Source: an uncultured Chloroflexia bacterium (GTDB taxonomy: Bacteria > Chloroflexota > Limnocylindria > Limnocylindrales > CSP1-4). From it: DNA of 64,000 nt. The translations under genes and the position numbers were made by a program. Location: contig CAVWLQ010000003.1 in NCBI GenBank assembly GCA_963755995.1, forward strand, positions 836,734 to 900,733. Reading direction: 5' to 3'. Shown one piece after another: positions 36,306-45,118 of the stretch (position 1 is its first letter; every line of letters begins with the position of its first letter). The notes under the pieces are model-generated. The model saw nothing but the letters and a program-made list of their open reading frames with translations. It was not told the DNA's origin and searched no databases.

Positions 36306-37247
36306 ATGACACCCTGGTTCGGCCTGCATCTGCCCAACTACACGTACCCGGACACGCCGCCGGAAGACCTGTTCGAGCGTGTCGTCGAGCAGGCTCGGGC
36401 CGCCGAGGCGGCCGGCTTCAGCCTCGTCTCCGTGATGGACCACCTGTACCAGATCCCGGGGGTCGGGCCGGTCACCGACCCGATGCTCGAGGGCTGGTCC
36501 ACCCTGGCCGCGCTCGCCCGGGAGACGAAGCGCGTCCGGCTCGGCACGGTCGTGACGGGCGTCACGTACCGCAATCCCGCGCTCCTGGCCAAGACCGCGA
36601 CGACGCTCGACGTGCTGTCCGGCGGCCGCGCGATCCTGGGCATCGGGGCGGCCTGGAACGAGGATGAGCATCGCGGCTACGGGTTCGAGTTCCCGCCCAT
36701 CCGCGAGCGGATGGACCGGCTCGAGGAGGCCCTGACGATCATCAAGGCGATGTTCACCGAGGATCAGCCGACCTTCGAGGGGACCCACTACCGGATCGAC
36801 GCGGCCCGAAACGTCCCGCGACCCATCCAGTCCGGCGGGCCGGCGATCCTCGTCGGTGGTGGCGGTGAGCAGCGGACTCTCCGGATCGCCGCCCGCTTCG
36901 CGGACATGACCCACTGGTTCGCGATCGGGCTCGAGACACTCCGCCACAAGTCCGAGGTGCTCGAGGGCTACTGTGCGGCGATCGGGCGCGATCCCGCGAC
37001 CATCGAACGCACGATGGGTGCGCCGGTCATCGTCGCCGCCACGGAGGCGGAAGCCCGAACCCATCTCGAACGCATCCCGCCCGAGCGACGCCCGTTCGTC
37101 GAGGCCGGGACGCCGGAGCAGGCCGCCCATGCCCTCCGGCCGTACCTCGACGCCGGCTTCACTGGCTTCACGTTCAACAACTCGATCTACCGGACGCCGG
37201 AGCAGATCGCGCTGGTCGGCGAGGTCCTGACGCTGATCGGGGGTTAG
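36306..37247 (+). CDS. LLM-class F420-dependent oxidoreductase
   Basis: Internal ATG 36306. The protein runs MTPWFGLHLPNYTYP...GFSLVSVMDHLYQIPGVGP...LGTVVTGVTYRNPALLAKTATTLDVLSGGRAILGIGAAW, the typical luciferase-like F420 subfamily pattern. Confidence 0.85.
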   Translation: MTPWFGLHLPNYTYPDTPPEDLFERVVEQARAAEAAGFSLVSVMDHLYQIPGVGPVTDPMLEGWSTLAALARETKRVRLGTVVTGVTYRNPALLAKTATTLDVLSGGRAILGIGAAWNEDEHRGYGFEFPPIRERMDRLEEALTIIKAMFTEDQPTFEGTHYRIDAARNVPRPIQSGGPAILVGGGGEQRTLRIAARFADMTHWFAIGLETLRHKSEVLEGYCAAIGRDPATIERTMGAPVIVAATEAEARTHLERIPPERRPFVEAGTPEQAAHALRPYLDAGFTGFTFNNSIYRTPEQIALVGEVLTLIGG

Positions 37248-37249
37248 CG

Positions 37250-38443
37250 TCAGGCGCGGGCCATGTTCCGGCGGAGGCCCAGCCAGCTGGCCGCGAACGT
37301 GACCAGCGCGATGAGCCCGAGCGCCGCGTACTCCCACGTCTGGGTCGTCCCGCCGCGCAGCATGATGTCCTGCATCAGCCGGATCCCGTGGGTGACCGGC
37401 AACGTGAACGCCAGGGCACGGACGGGCTCGCTGAACTCCGAGATCGCCAGCACGAACCCGCTGAAGAAGACCGACGCGAGCAGGAGCAGCAGCGACAGCT
37501 GGACGGCCTGCCGCTCCGAATCGGAGACGACGGCGATGACCAGCCCGATGCCGAGCGAGGCCAGCAGGACCAGCCCGATCGTCACCGCCAGCGCGGCCGG
37601 ATCGCCCAGCATCGGGACCTGGAACACGCCGACCAGGAGCCAGACGGTGATGGCCGCGATCCCGGCACCGATCAGCAGGTAGGCCAGCACCTTGCCGGCC
37701 ATCACCTCCCAGGCGTTGACGGGGGCCACGCGGAAGAGCTCGATGACGCCCGACGTGCGCTCGCGGACGAGCGACAGCGCGACCAGCGTCACCGCGAGGT
37801 GCTGGAGGATCAGCGCGAGAACGGCCGGCCCGAAGTACGACAGGACGCGCGGCTCCGATGGGGCGACGTTGGTGACCTTGGCCTCCGTCGGCGCGGCCAC
37901 GACCTCCGGCGGGATGACCGTGGCGGTCCCGCCCGAGGCGGCCGTCGCGTACCCCTCGCTTTCCTCGACGGCCTTCCGGATGATCGTCTGGTTGACCGCG
38001 TTGGAGACGTTCGAGGCCAGGAATCCCGCGTAGTCGGCCCGCAGTGGGTCGACGGTATTGACCACGACCTCGATGACCGAGCGCTTGCCGGCCTTGAACT
38101 GCGCCTCCGCGTCGGCCGGCGCCACGACCACGACGTCGATGCTGCCGTCCTGGAGCCCGGCCTCCGCCTCGGCCGCGTCGTCGACGACAGCGGCGATATG
38201 GAGGCCGCCGCCGGCCAGGTCCTGGTAGGTCTTCACGTCCGTCGGCAGGCCTGACTCCGGTGGCACGACCACGACCGTCTCGAGCGCCCGATGGACGCCG
38301 TTGTAGCCGAGTCCGAAGACGGCCATGATCAGGAACGGTCCGAGCACGAGGCTGAGCAGCGCGCCCGGGCGCCGCACGACCTCGACGAGCTCCTTGCCGA
38401 CGAGGGCCAGGAGCCGGAGAACGGTGGTCGCGAGCGCCCTCAC
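37250..38443 (-). CDS. ABC-2-type transporter permease
   Basis: GTG 38443 overlaps the ATPase stop (GTGA). The protein has an N-terminal TM helix (VRALATTVLRLLALVGKELVEVVRRPGALLSLVLGPFLIMAVF), a large extracytoplasmic loop, and five C-terminal TM helices. Confidence 0.8.
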   Translation of the reverse strand: MRALATTVLRLLALVGKELVEVVRRPGALLSLVLGPFLIMAVFGLGYNGVHRALETVVVVPPESGLPTDVKTYQDLAGGGLHIAAVVDDAAEAEAGLQDGSIDVVVVAPADAEAQFKAGKRSVIEVVVNTVDPLRADYAGFLASNVSNAVNQTIIRKAVEESEGYATAASGGTATVIPPEVVAAPTEAKVTNVAPSEPRVLSYFGPAVLALILQHLAVTLVALSLVRERTSGVIELFRVAPVNAWEVMAGKVLAYLLIGAGIAAITVWLLVGVFQVPMLGDPAALAVTIGLVLLASLGIGLVIAVVSDSERQAVQLSLLLLLASVFFSGFVLAISEFSEPVRALAFTLPVTHGIRLMQDIMLRGGTTQTWEYAALGLIALVTFAASWLGLRRNMARA

Positions 38444-39643
38444 GACTCGGGGACCGCCGGCTCGCGGTCGGGCTCGGCGTCGGTCCCGGCTTCTGGCTCG
38501 CGTCGGTCGTCGGCCGGGTCGGCGTCGGCGGCATCGGCAGCCCGGTCGCGCGCGGCCTGGTCCCGCTCGACGAGCGCCGTGAAGACCTCGTCGAACGAGA
38601 GTCGCTCCTCGCGGGCGCTCGCGACCTCGCCGCCGCGTGCCTGGATCGCGTCGACCACGTCGGGCGTGGCCGGCCCCGCATCGTCGACGATGACGGTCAG
38701 ACGTCGCGGGCCGGTCTGGTGGACGCCACGGACGAACGGCAGGTCCTCGAGGAGCCCGCCGTCGAACAGCGCAGCGGTCTCGATCCCGATCACGTCGCCA
38801 CCCGACGCCTCGCGTCGCAGGTCGTCCGGGGTCGCGAGGGCCAGGAGGCGGCCACCCGCGATGAGCGCCACCAGGTCGCACGACTCGGCCTCGTTGATGT
38901 ACTGGGTCGTGACGAGCATCGTCCGGCCGGCCGCGCGCAACCGATGGAGCTCCTCCCAGACGCTGGCGCGCAGCAGGGGGTCGATCCCGGCGGTCGGCTC
39001 GTCGAGGAACATGAGGGCCGGATCGTGGACAAGCGCGCAGGCGAGCTCGAGCCGGCGCTGCATCCCGCCGGACAACCGTCCGGCTCGCCGGCTCCGGACG
39101 TCCCACAGGTCGAGCAGCTGCAGGACCTCGCGGGTCCGTCGCCTCCGCCGCGGGAACATCATCCCGAACAGCGACCCGACGAAGTCGACGTTCTCGCGCA
39201 CCGTCAGGTCCGGGTAGAGCGTGAACGACTGGGGCATGTAGCCGAGCCGCTCGCGGGTCTGGCGTCGGAACCGGCGTGGCTCCTCGCCCAGCACCCGGAC
39301 CGTGCCGGACGTCGGGATCGAGGGCTCCGGTGAGAAGCCGGATCGTGGTGGTCTTGCCCGCACCGGACGGTCCGATCAGGCCCAGGATCGTCCCGGCCGG
39401 GACGACCAGCGAGATGCCGTCGACGGCGAGCTGGTCGTCGAACCGCATCGTGACGTCGTCGACGACGACCGCGGCGTCGACTGGGGCCTTGGCCGCGTCG
39501 GTCGCGGCGTTGCTCCGGGTCGGCAGCGTGGCAGGCTCGGTCGCGCCGGCCGGCGGGAGGCCGGCCCCGTGGTCGGGTGGGGTCGAGGAAAGCACTGGGA
39601 CTCCCGGTCGTGACCGCGCGTCCGGCGATCGCTGCCCGAGCAT
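38440..39643 (-). CDS. ABC transporter ATP-binding protein; single-base insertion frameshift right after Walker A
   Basis: The upstream frame reads ...LIGPSGAGKTTTIRLLTGALDP and then nonsense. The +1 frame continues TSGTVRVLGEEPRRF...LSGGMQRRLELA...LMFLDEPTAGIDP. Deleting one G of the GGG at 39314-39316 yields the canonical LTGALDPTSGTVRVLGE. Span is 1204 nt (3n+1). The N-terminal start is uncertain. Confidence 0.8.
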
Positions 39644-39686
39644 GGGGCGCGTCCGGTTGCGCTGGGACGCGCGCGGAGACGCCGGT

Positions 39687-39704
39687 CATCGCAGGCGTAT
39701 CGCA
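39687..39704. repeat. copy A of an exact 18-nt intergenic repeat CATCGCAGGCGTATCGCA
   Basis: Identical to 49619-49636. Both copies are preceded by GCCGG and lie 22-27 nt downstream of the stop codon of a minus-strand gene. Confidence 0.5.
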
Positions 39705-39730
39705 ACGCCGAGGGAGCGGACCTCGCGGAT

Positions 39731-40390
39731 CTAGGCGGATCCCTCCCCGGGGCGGTCGCCGTGGCCCGTTCCTGCCCGGCGCCAGGGTGAGGACGCCATC
39801 CAGCGCGCCAGGCCGACCTCGTTGACCAGCCGGGCGCTCTGGCAGCCGGGCCGGCTGGCCGCCTCCCGCGTCATCGCCGCCAGGAAGTGCCGGTCGAACG
39901 CGCCCCTGGGGAATGCCGCCTCCACGGCGGGCCGCACGGCGTCCACCAGGTCGTAGCCGTCGCCGCGGACGTCCAGGCCGGTCGCCCGGTCGAGCAGGAC
40001 CGCTTCGACCCCATCGTCGAGCGTCACGCCCGGCGCCATATGCAGGACGATCGCCCGGGCCACCCGGCCGGCGTCCGGGGCCGGCATGCCGGCGCGCTCG
40101 AGGAGCCGCCGCGCGATCTCGGCGCCTTCCACCTCGAAGCACGTGGTGTTCCGCGGCAGCCGGGTCAGGCCGACGTCGTGGATCAGGGCCGCGTTCCACA
40201 GCAGCCGGCGGTCGAACACCCAGCCCTCACCGGCCGCGATCGCGGCGCCCCAGCAGTAGGAACGGACCGAGTGCGTCAGGAGGTAATCCGGCAGCGACCG
40301 TCCCGCCCACCGCCAGGTCGCGGCAGAGACATCGTCCCCCGGCACGGCGATCCCACCGATCGCCTCCGGGAGCGCGGCCGTCGTTCGCAT
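39731..40390 (-). CDS. HD-domain phosphohydrolase-family protein
   Basis: 219 aa. THSVRSYCWG...AALIHDVGL is the H...HD signature. Confidence 0.7.
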   Translation of the reverse strand: MRTTAALPEAIGGIAVPGDDVSAATWRWAGRSLPDYLLTHSVRSYCWGAAIAAGEGWVFDRRLLWNAALIHDVGLTRLPRNTTCFEVEGAEIARRLLERAGMPAPDAGRVARAIVLHMAPGVTLDDGVEAVLLDRATGLDVRGDGYDLVDAVRPAVEAAFPRGAFDRHFLAAMTREAASRPGCQSARLVNEVGLARWMASSPWRRAGTGHGDRPGEGSA

Positions 40391-40399
40391 CGGGCGATG

Positions 40400-41590
40400 C
40401 TACCCGTCGGGCGTGGCGAGACCCGGCGATCCGCCGGCGGCCAGCCGGACCAGGGCGTCAACGACGTCACCCGGCGGCGGCATCGACTCGACGTCCGCCC
40501 GGTACAGGCCGGCCGTCGCCGCGAACCGTGCGTCGTCGAGCAGCGTCATGAGCCGAGTCCGAACGGTCTCCGGACGGAGCTCTTCCGGCAGGATCCGGAG
40601 ACCCAGCCCGGCCTCGACGATCCGCGCGGCGTTCATGAACTGGTCGGCGCCTTGCGGGATGGCGAGGATCGGCACGCCGGCCGCGATCGCGCCCAGCATC
40701 GCGCCCGAGCCGCCGTGGCTGATCATGACCCGGCTCCGCCGGAGGACCGCCGCCTGCGGGATGTACGACGCCACGTGGACGTGCTCCGGACGGGCGCCCA
40801 CGATCGACGGGTCGGCATCCGGCCCGAGCGTGACCACGACATCCACGTCCAGGTCGTCGATGGCGTCGACGATCGTTTGCAGGCGGCCCATGTCGTTGAA
40901 GACGGTGCCCATCGTCAGATAGACGATCGGTCGACCATCACGGCGTGCGAGCCACGCCTCGAACGCAGGATCGGGCGGTTCCTCGATCTCGACGGGCCGA
41001 AGCCGGATGACATTCGGGACGGACGAGATCTCCGGGAATTGGAGCCGGGGCGGGCAGACGTCGAGGTACGTCTCACCGCCGAGTCCGCCGACGCCCGGGT
41101 TGCGCACCCCAGCAGCGGCACTGATCGGCGCGACGACGTCGGTCGCCGCCTGCCGGATCGAGAGCGGCCGGAGCAGGCCGAAGCTGTGCTCGATATGAGA
41201 GATCCCGGCCACCTCGGCCGCGACCGCGCCGGCCATCTCCGCGCTGTCGTGGATCAGCAGCCCGGGCCGCCAGCGCTCGAGGATCGGCGCGAGGTCGGCG
41301 AGCATCACCGGCACGCGGATCCGCCCGAACATCACCGGGCTGAGGTACCGCGGCAGGTCAGCCGGTGGGACGGACTCCCAGTCGGGCATCGCCTCCCGAA
41401 ACCGCGCCCGTGCGACCTGATGATCGAGACCGGCCTGGTGGGCCGTGAATCCCATCGCCTCGACCGTCGGGCAGAACGCCGGATCGGTGGCGACGGCAAC
41501 GTCATGGCCCGCAGCCACGAACGCCCGCGCCAGCGGGACCATCGGATTGAAGTGCCCGAACCCGACCACGCAGGTGAACAGCACCCTCAC
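40400..41590 (-). CDS. GT1-family glycosyltransferase (MGT / UDP-glycosyltransferase-like)
   Basis: GTG 41590 gives VRVLFTCVVGFGHFNPMVPLARAFVAAGHDVAVAT. C-terminal donor-binding block ISHGGSGAMLGAIAAGVPILAIPQGADQFMNA. The track ORF upstream of this is shadow. Confidence 0.8.
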   Translation of the reverse strand: MRVLFTCVVGFGHFNPMVPLARAFVAAGHDVAVATDPAFCPTVEAMGFTAHQAGLDHQVARARFREAMPDWESVPPADLPRYLSPVMFGRIRVPVMLADLAPILERWRPGLLIHDSAEMAGAVAAEVAGISHIEHSFGLLRPLSIRQAATDVVAPISAAAGVRNPGVGGLGGETYLDVCPPRLQFPEISSVPNVIRLRPVEIEEPPDPAFEAWLARRDGRPIVYLTMGTVFNDMGRLQTIVDAIDDLDVDVVVTLGPDADPSIVGARPEHVHVASYIPQAAVLRRSRVMISHGGSGAMLGAIAAGVPILAIPQGADQFMNAARIVEAGLGLRILPEELRPETVRTRLMTLLDDARFAATAGLYRADVESMPPPGDVVDALVRLAAGGSPGLATPDG

Positions 41591-41641
41591 GACCGTTTCG
41601 TCATCGCCGAAGCCTATTGCATCGGGTGAGATGATCCGCGC

Positions 41642-41848
41642 ATGCTCGAATACGGCAACGGTGTCGGCCAGGTGGCGGGCAGGTCCGGTGGCGGCGGGAC
41701 CGGCGGCCGATCCATGGATGTCGGCGCCCAGCTGAGCCAGCTCGTGACGGACTCCGCGCACACGATCTCGACACTGCCGCCCGCGGCCCTGGTCGCGGGC
41801 ATCGTCCTGATCTTCGTCGGGCTGATGATGCTCCGGCGGGCTTTCTAG
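41642..41848 (+). CDS. small membrane protein (68 aa)
   Basis: High GC3. Gly-rich N-terminus and one C-terminal TM helix (LPPAALVAGIVLIFVGLMMLRRAF). Fills the gap left once the GT start is moved to 41590. Confidence 0.45.
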   Translation: MLEYGNGVGQVAGRSGGGGTGGRSMDVGAQLSQLVTDSAHTISTLPPAALVAGIVLIFVGLMMLRRAF

Positions 41849-42231
41849 CCCCGACCGTCAGCAGCGTTCTCCTTCGGCACTGCCTCGCGGAGGCGCTTGG
41901 GAGCCTTCGTCCGCCACGCGTCTTTCAGCAGGACCGCGAGCAGATCCGTCCCGATGGCCGGCAGACGGACGAGGATGGCCGGGTAGCCGTTGTAGTGCGG
42001 CTCGGTGAAGAAGACCGCCGGATCCATCTCGATCAGCGTCTCCTTCTCCGACTCGTGGGCGATCCGGATCGCGAGGACGTCCGGGTTCGGGACGCGGGCG
42101 CTCTTCGGCTCGATCCGTTCGCGCCAGAGCCAGACGAACGCCTTGCCGTCCACGACGAAGCCGAAGTCGGGGCCCTCGCTCGTCTCCGGCAGCCCGAGAG
42201 CGATCCGGCGGACGTCGTCCTGGGTGGCCAC
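41845..42231 (-). CDS. MmcQ/YjbR-family DNA-binding protein
   Basis: 128 aa. The pattern MATQDDVRRIALGLPETSE...KAFVWLW... is typical of the YjbR family. Confidence 0.75.
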   Translation of the reverse strand: MATQDDVRRIALGLPETSEGPDFGFVVDGKAFVWLWRERIEPKSARVPNPDVLAIRIAHESEKETLIEMDPAVFFTEPHYNGYPAILVRLPAIGTDLLAVLLKDAWRTKAPKRLREAVPKENAADGRG

Positions 42232-42319
42232 GTCAGGCGATGGCGCGGGTGCTCATCGCCGAATCATCGCAGATTGGGCCGACTGCAGCCGCGATCGCGT
42301 CTTCATCCACATCGGCGGG

Positions 42320-43579
42320 TCAGCCGAGCGCGGCGTCACCGGCCCGTTCCAGGAGCAGGCGCCGTTCGCGCTCGTTGCGGGTCAACCCGGCCGCGCGACG
42401 GAACTCCGCGGCCGCCTCCTCTCCCCGGCCCAGCTTGGCCAGGAGGTCGCCCCGAACGGCCGGCAGCAGGTGGTAGCCCTTGAGCGCAGGGTCGCCGACG
42501 AGCGGATCGATGACCGCCAGCCCCGCTGCCGGCCCGAACGCCATCCCGACGGCGACAGCGCGGTTCACCTCGACGACCGGTGACGGGGCCAGCTCGGCGA
42601 GCGCGTCGTACAGCGCGGCGAGTCGGACCCAATCGGTTGCCTCCGGCGTCGCGGCTCGCGCGTGGCAGGCGGCGATCGCGGCCTGGAGCGCATACGGCCC
42701 GAGACCGCCGCCGAGCCGCTCGGCACGTTCCAGCGCGGCCAGGCCCCGTCGGATGAGCAGCTGGTCCCAGCGAGCTCGGTCCTGGTCGAGCAGCAGGATC
42801 GGCTCCCCCGCCGGGTTGGTCCGGGCGCCAGAGCGCGAGGCCTGGATCTCCATCAGGGCGACGAGCCCGTGGACCTCGGGCTCCGCGGGCTCCAGCTCGG
42901 CCAGCATCCGGCCGAGGCGCAGCGCCTCGTCGCACAGGCCCGGGCGCATCCAGTCGTCGCCGGCGGTCGCGGAGTAGCCCTCGTTGAAGATGAGATAGAC
43001 GACATCGAGCACGGACGCGAGCCGGCCCGCCAGCTCGTCCGCACGCGGGACCTCGAATGGCACCCGGGCCTCGGACAACGTCCGCTTGGCCCGAACGATG
43101 CGCTGGGCGATGGTCGTCTCCGGGACGAGGAACGCCCGGGCGATCTCGTCGGTCGTCAGGCCGCCGAGAAGGCGCAGCGTCAGGGCCACGCGCGCCTCGC
43201 GGCTCAGGACCGGGTGACACGCGGTGAAGACGAGCCGCAGGAGGTCGTCGCCGACGTCATCGTCGCTCGCGGCCTCGAACGCGGCGAGCGCCATCGACTG
43301 CTCGACCTGGAGCACGCGACCGATCTCGCCGTGCTTGCGATCGAGCGTGGCCCTGCGGCGCAGCTGGTCGATCCCCCGGCGCTTGGCCGTCGTCATCAGC
43401 CACGCACCGGGGTTCCGCGGGATGCCGGTCGTCGGCCACTGCTCGAGGGCCTCGACCAGGGCGTCCTGCGCGAGCTCCTCCGCCAGGCCGACGTCACGGA
43501 CGATGCGCGCCAGCCCGGCGATCAGCTTCGCGGATTCGATCCGCCAGACGGCCTCGATCGCGTCGCGGGCTTCGATCAT
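42320..43579 (-). CDS. ECF sigma factor with a long C-terminal TPR-like extension (ECF42-like)
   Basis: Internal ATG 43579, with ATGA overlap with the upstream YCII gene. Sigma2 region AEELAQDALVEALEQWP, sigma4 region LRLLGGLTTDEIARAFLVPETTIAQRIVRAKRTL, then a ~230-aa helical extension. 419 aa. Co-operonic with two YCII/DGPF genes, as described for group ECF42. Confidence 0.85.
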   Translation of the reverse strand: MIEARDAIEAVWRIESAKLIAGLARIVRDVGLAEELAQDALVEALEQWPTTGIPRNPGAWLMTTAKRRGIDQLRRRATLDRKHGEIGRVLQVEQSMALAAFEAASDDDVGDDLLRLVFTACHPVLSREARVALTLRLLGGLTTDEIARAFLVPETTIAQRIVRAKRTLSEARVPFEVPRADELAGRLASVLDVVYLIFNEGYSATAGDDWMRPGLCDEALRLGRMLAELEPAEPEVHGLVALMEIQASRSGARTNPAGEPILLLDQDRARWDQLLIRRGLAALERAERLGGGLGPYALQAAIAACHARAATPEATDWVRLAALYDALAELAPSPVVEVNRAVAVGMAFGPAAGLAVIDPLVGDPALKGYHLLPAVRGDLLAKLGRGEEAAAEFRRAAGLTRNERERRLLLERAGDAALG

Positions 43580-43941
43580 CCGCGGCCGGTGGCCTCGACG
43601 ACCTGGCGGATCTCGAGGTCGACCGCCTCGTCGGGGCCGAGCGCGACGTCGACCGGACAGCGCGACGCCCATTCGAGCGCCTCCGCACGCGTGCCCGCCT
43701 GGAGCAGGAGCACGCTGCCGATGATGAGCTCGCTCGGGTCGTCGAACGGTCCGTCGATCCGGGTGCGCTCACGCGCGGTCACCCGGAGCCGCGCGCCGGC
43801 CGCGCTCGAGTGGAGGGCCTCGGCCGCGAGCAGGACGCCGGCCCGGTTGAGGTCGTCCAGGTAGCGGCCCATGGCCGCCGCCGCTTCACGCGACGGCGGC
43901 CGGACTCCCGGGTCGCCCTTGACGAGCACCATGAAGCGCAT
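43576..43941 (-). CDS. YCII-related (DGPF) domain protein
   Basis: ATG 43941 has GAGGAG 6 nt upstream. The protein runs MRFMVLVKGDPG...IDGPFDDPSELIIGSVLLLQAGTRAEALEWASRCP. Confidence 0.8.
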   Translation of the reverse strand: MRFMVLVKGDPGVRPPSREAAAAMGRYLDDLNRAGVLLAAEALHSSAAGARLRVTARERTRIDGPFDDPSELIIGSVLLLQAGTRAEALEWASRCPVDVALGPDEAVDLEIRQVVEATGRG

Positions 43942-43969
43942 GGTCGTCTCCTCGAGGTCGCCGTGCACG

Positions 43970-44326
43970 CTAGCCGGCCAGCTCCTCCTGGAGGAACAGC
44001 TCGCGGATCTCCATGTCGGCGACTCCGGCGACCTCGGCGAAGCGGGTCACCCAGTGGATCGCCTCGTCCTTGGACGCCACCTCGAGGATCGCGAAGCCGG
44101 CGACCAGCTCCTTGGCCTCGGCGTACGGGCCGTCGGTGATGGTCGGCTTGCCGCCGTCGATGGTGATCCGGGTCGCGGCCTCCCGTGGCCGGACGCCCCC
44201 GGTCAGGAAGATGTGGCCGGACTGGGCGGCTTCGACCATGAACGCGCCGATGGCGCCCATCTGCTCCGGGGTCGGCGGGATACGCAGCTTCTCGGGGTCG
44301 TCGAGGGACAGGGCGAGGTACTTCAC
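43970..44326 (-). CDS. YCII-related (DGPF) domain protein
   Basis: GTG 44326 has GAAGGAG upstream. The protein runs MKYLALSL...ITDGPYAEAKELVAGFAILEVASKDEAIHWV. Confidence 0.85.
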   Translation of the reverse strand: MKYLALSLDDPEKLRIPPTPEQMGAIGAFMVEAAQSGHIFLTGGVRPREAATRITIDGGKPTITDGPYAEAKELVAGFAILEVASKDEAIHWVTRFAEVAGVADMEIRELFLQEELAG

Positions 44327-44378
44327 GACGGTTGCTCCTTCAGGTCCTCGGGCCGTGGATCCGGCCCTCTACACACAC

Positions 44379-44406
44379 GTCGAATGAGCGCTGGCCGGAA
44401 TCGACA
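44379..44406 (-). promoter_or_regulatory. candidate ECF-type promoter for the YCII-YCII-sigma operon
   Basis: Read on the minus strand: TGTCGA (44406-44401), 18 nt, CGAC (44382-44379), about 50 nt upstream of GTG 44326. My unverified recollection is that ECF42 target promoters carry TGTCGA at -35 and a short CG(A/T)C at -10. Confidence 0.3.
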
Positions 44407-44442
44407 TGGCCCGTCGACCGGTCAAGCATGCATACTCGGGCC

Positions 44443-44890
44443 ATGCGATTTCGGACGGAGATCCTGGCCAGCGGCAAGACCGCGGCCGGCATCGAGATCC
44501 CGGTGGACGTGCTCGACGCGCTCGGCACGAGTCGCAAGCCCGCGGTCACGCGTCAGCATCAACGGCTACACGTACCGGAGCACCGTCGCGACGGTCAACG
44601 GCATGTCTATGGTCGGGGTCAGCAACGACGTCCGCACCGCCGCCGGCGTCTCCGCAGGCCAGGTCGTCGACGTCGACATCGAGCTGGATACCGAGCCACG
44701 GGTCGTCACGGTGCCGGACGACCTCGCGGCGGCGCTCGACGCGGAACCCGAGGCACGGCGGTTCTTCGAGACCCTGTCGTACAGCAACAAGCGGCGCATC
44801 GTGATGCCGATCGACGACGCGAAGACCCCGGAGACCCGAGGGCGCCGGATCGAGAAGTCCGTCGCGTCACTGCGCGAAGGCCGGATCTAG
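44443..44890 (+). CDS. DUF1905 / YdeI-OmpD-associated family protein; apparent 1-nt insertion frameshift
   Basis: MRFRTEILASGKTAAGIEIPVDVLDALGTSRKPAV (track ORF 44332 frame) continues in the +1 frame as RVSINGYTYRSTVATVNGMSMVGVSNDVR...LSYSNKRRIVMPIDDAKTPETRGRRIEKSVASLREGRI*. Span is 448 nt (3n+1). The junction is at 44539-44554. Confidence 0.75.
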
Positions 44891-45008
44891 CTCGTCGCAG
44901 GTGACCCGGCTGCGCGACTCGGGTACGCTGCCGACGACATGAGCGCCATCACGGCCACGCGGCGTCTGCACGCATGGTTCGCCACCATCTCCAACAGGAA
45001 CGGCTGAT

Positions 45009-45045
45009 CCGCCCCTTCCGGAACTAGCGTCGGAGGAAGGGGCGG
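45009..45045 (+). other. 11-bp perfect stem-loop in the 230-nt gap upstream of the GTPase gene
   Basis: CCGCCCCTTCC (45009-45019) pairs with GGAAGGGGCGG (45035-45045), with a 15-nt loop and no U tract. It could be a terminator of the upstream gene or a 5'-UTR structure. Confidence 0.3.
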
Positions 45046-45118
45046 GACGGACGCGAGCTGCCGCGCGACCGAGAGGTCTGCGCTGCGCCGCGTCGTCCCG
45101 CGTGATCGATCGAGGGAG

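Noticed and set aside
44940-45010. A GGTTCG-containing segment (gcatGGTTCGccaccatc) in the 230-nt gap that superficially resembles a tRNA T-arm.
   Set aside because: The loop UUCGCCA lacks the conserved A at T-loop position 5. No D-arm GG, anticodon stem or acceptor pairing could be built around it.
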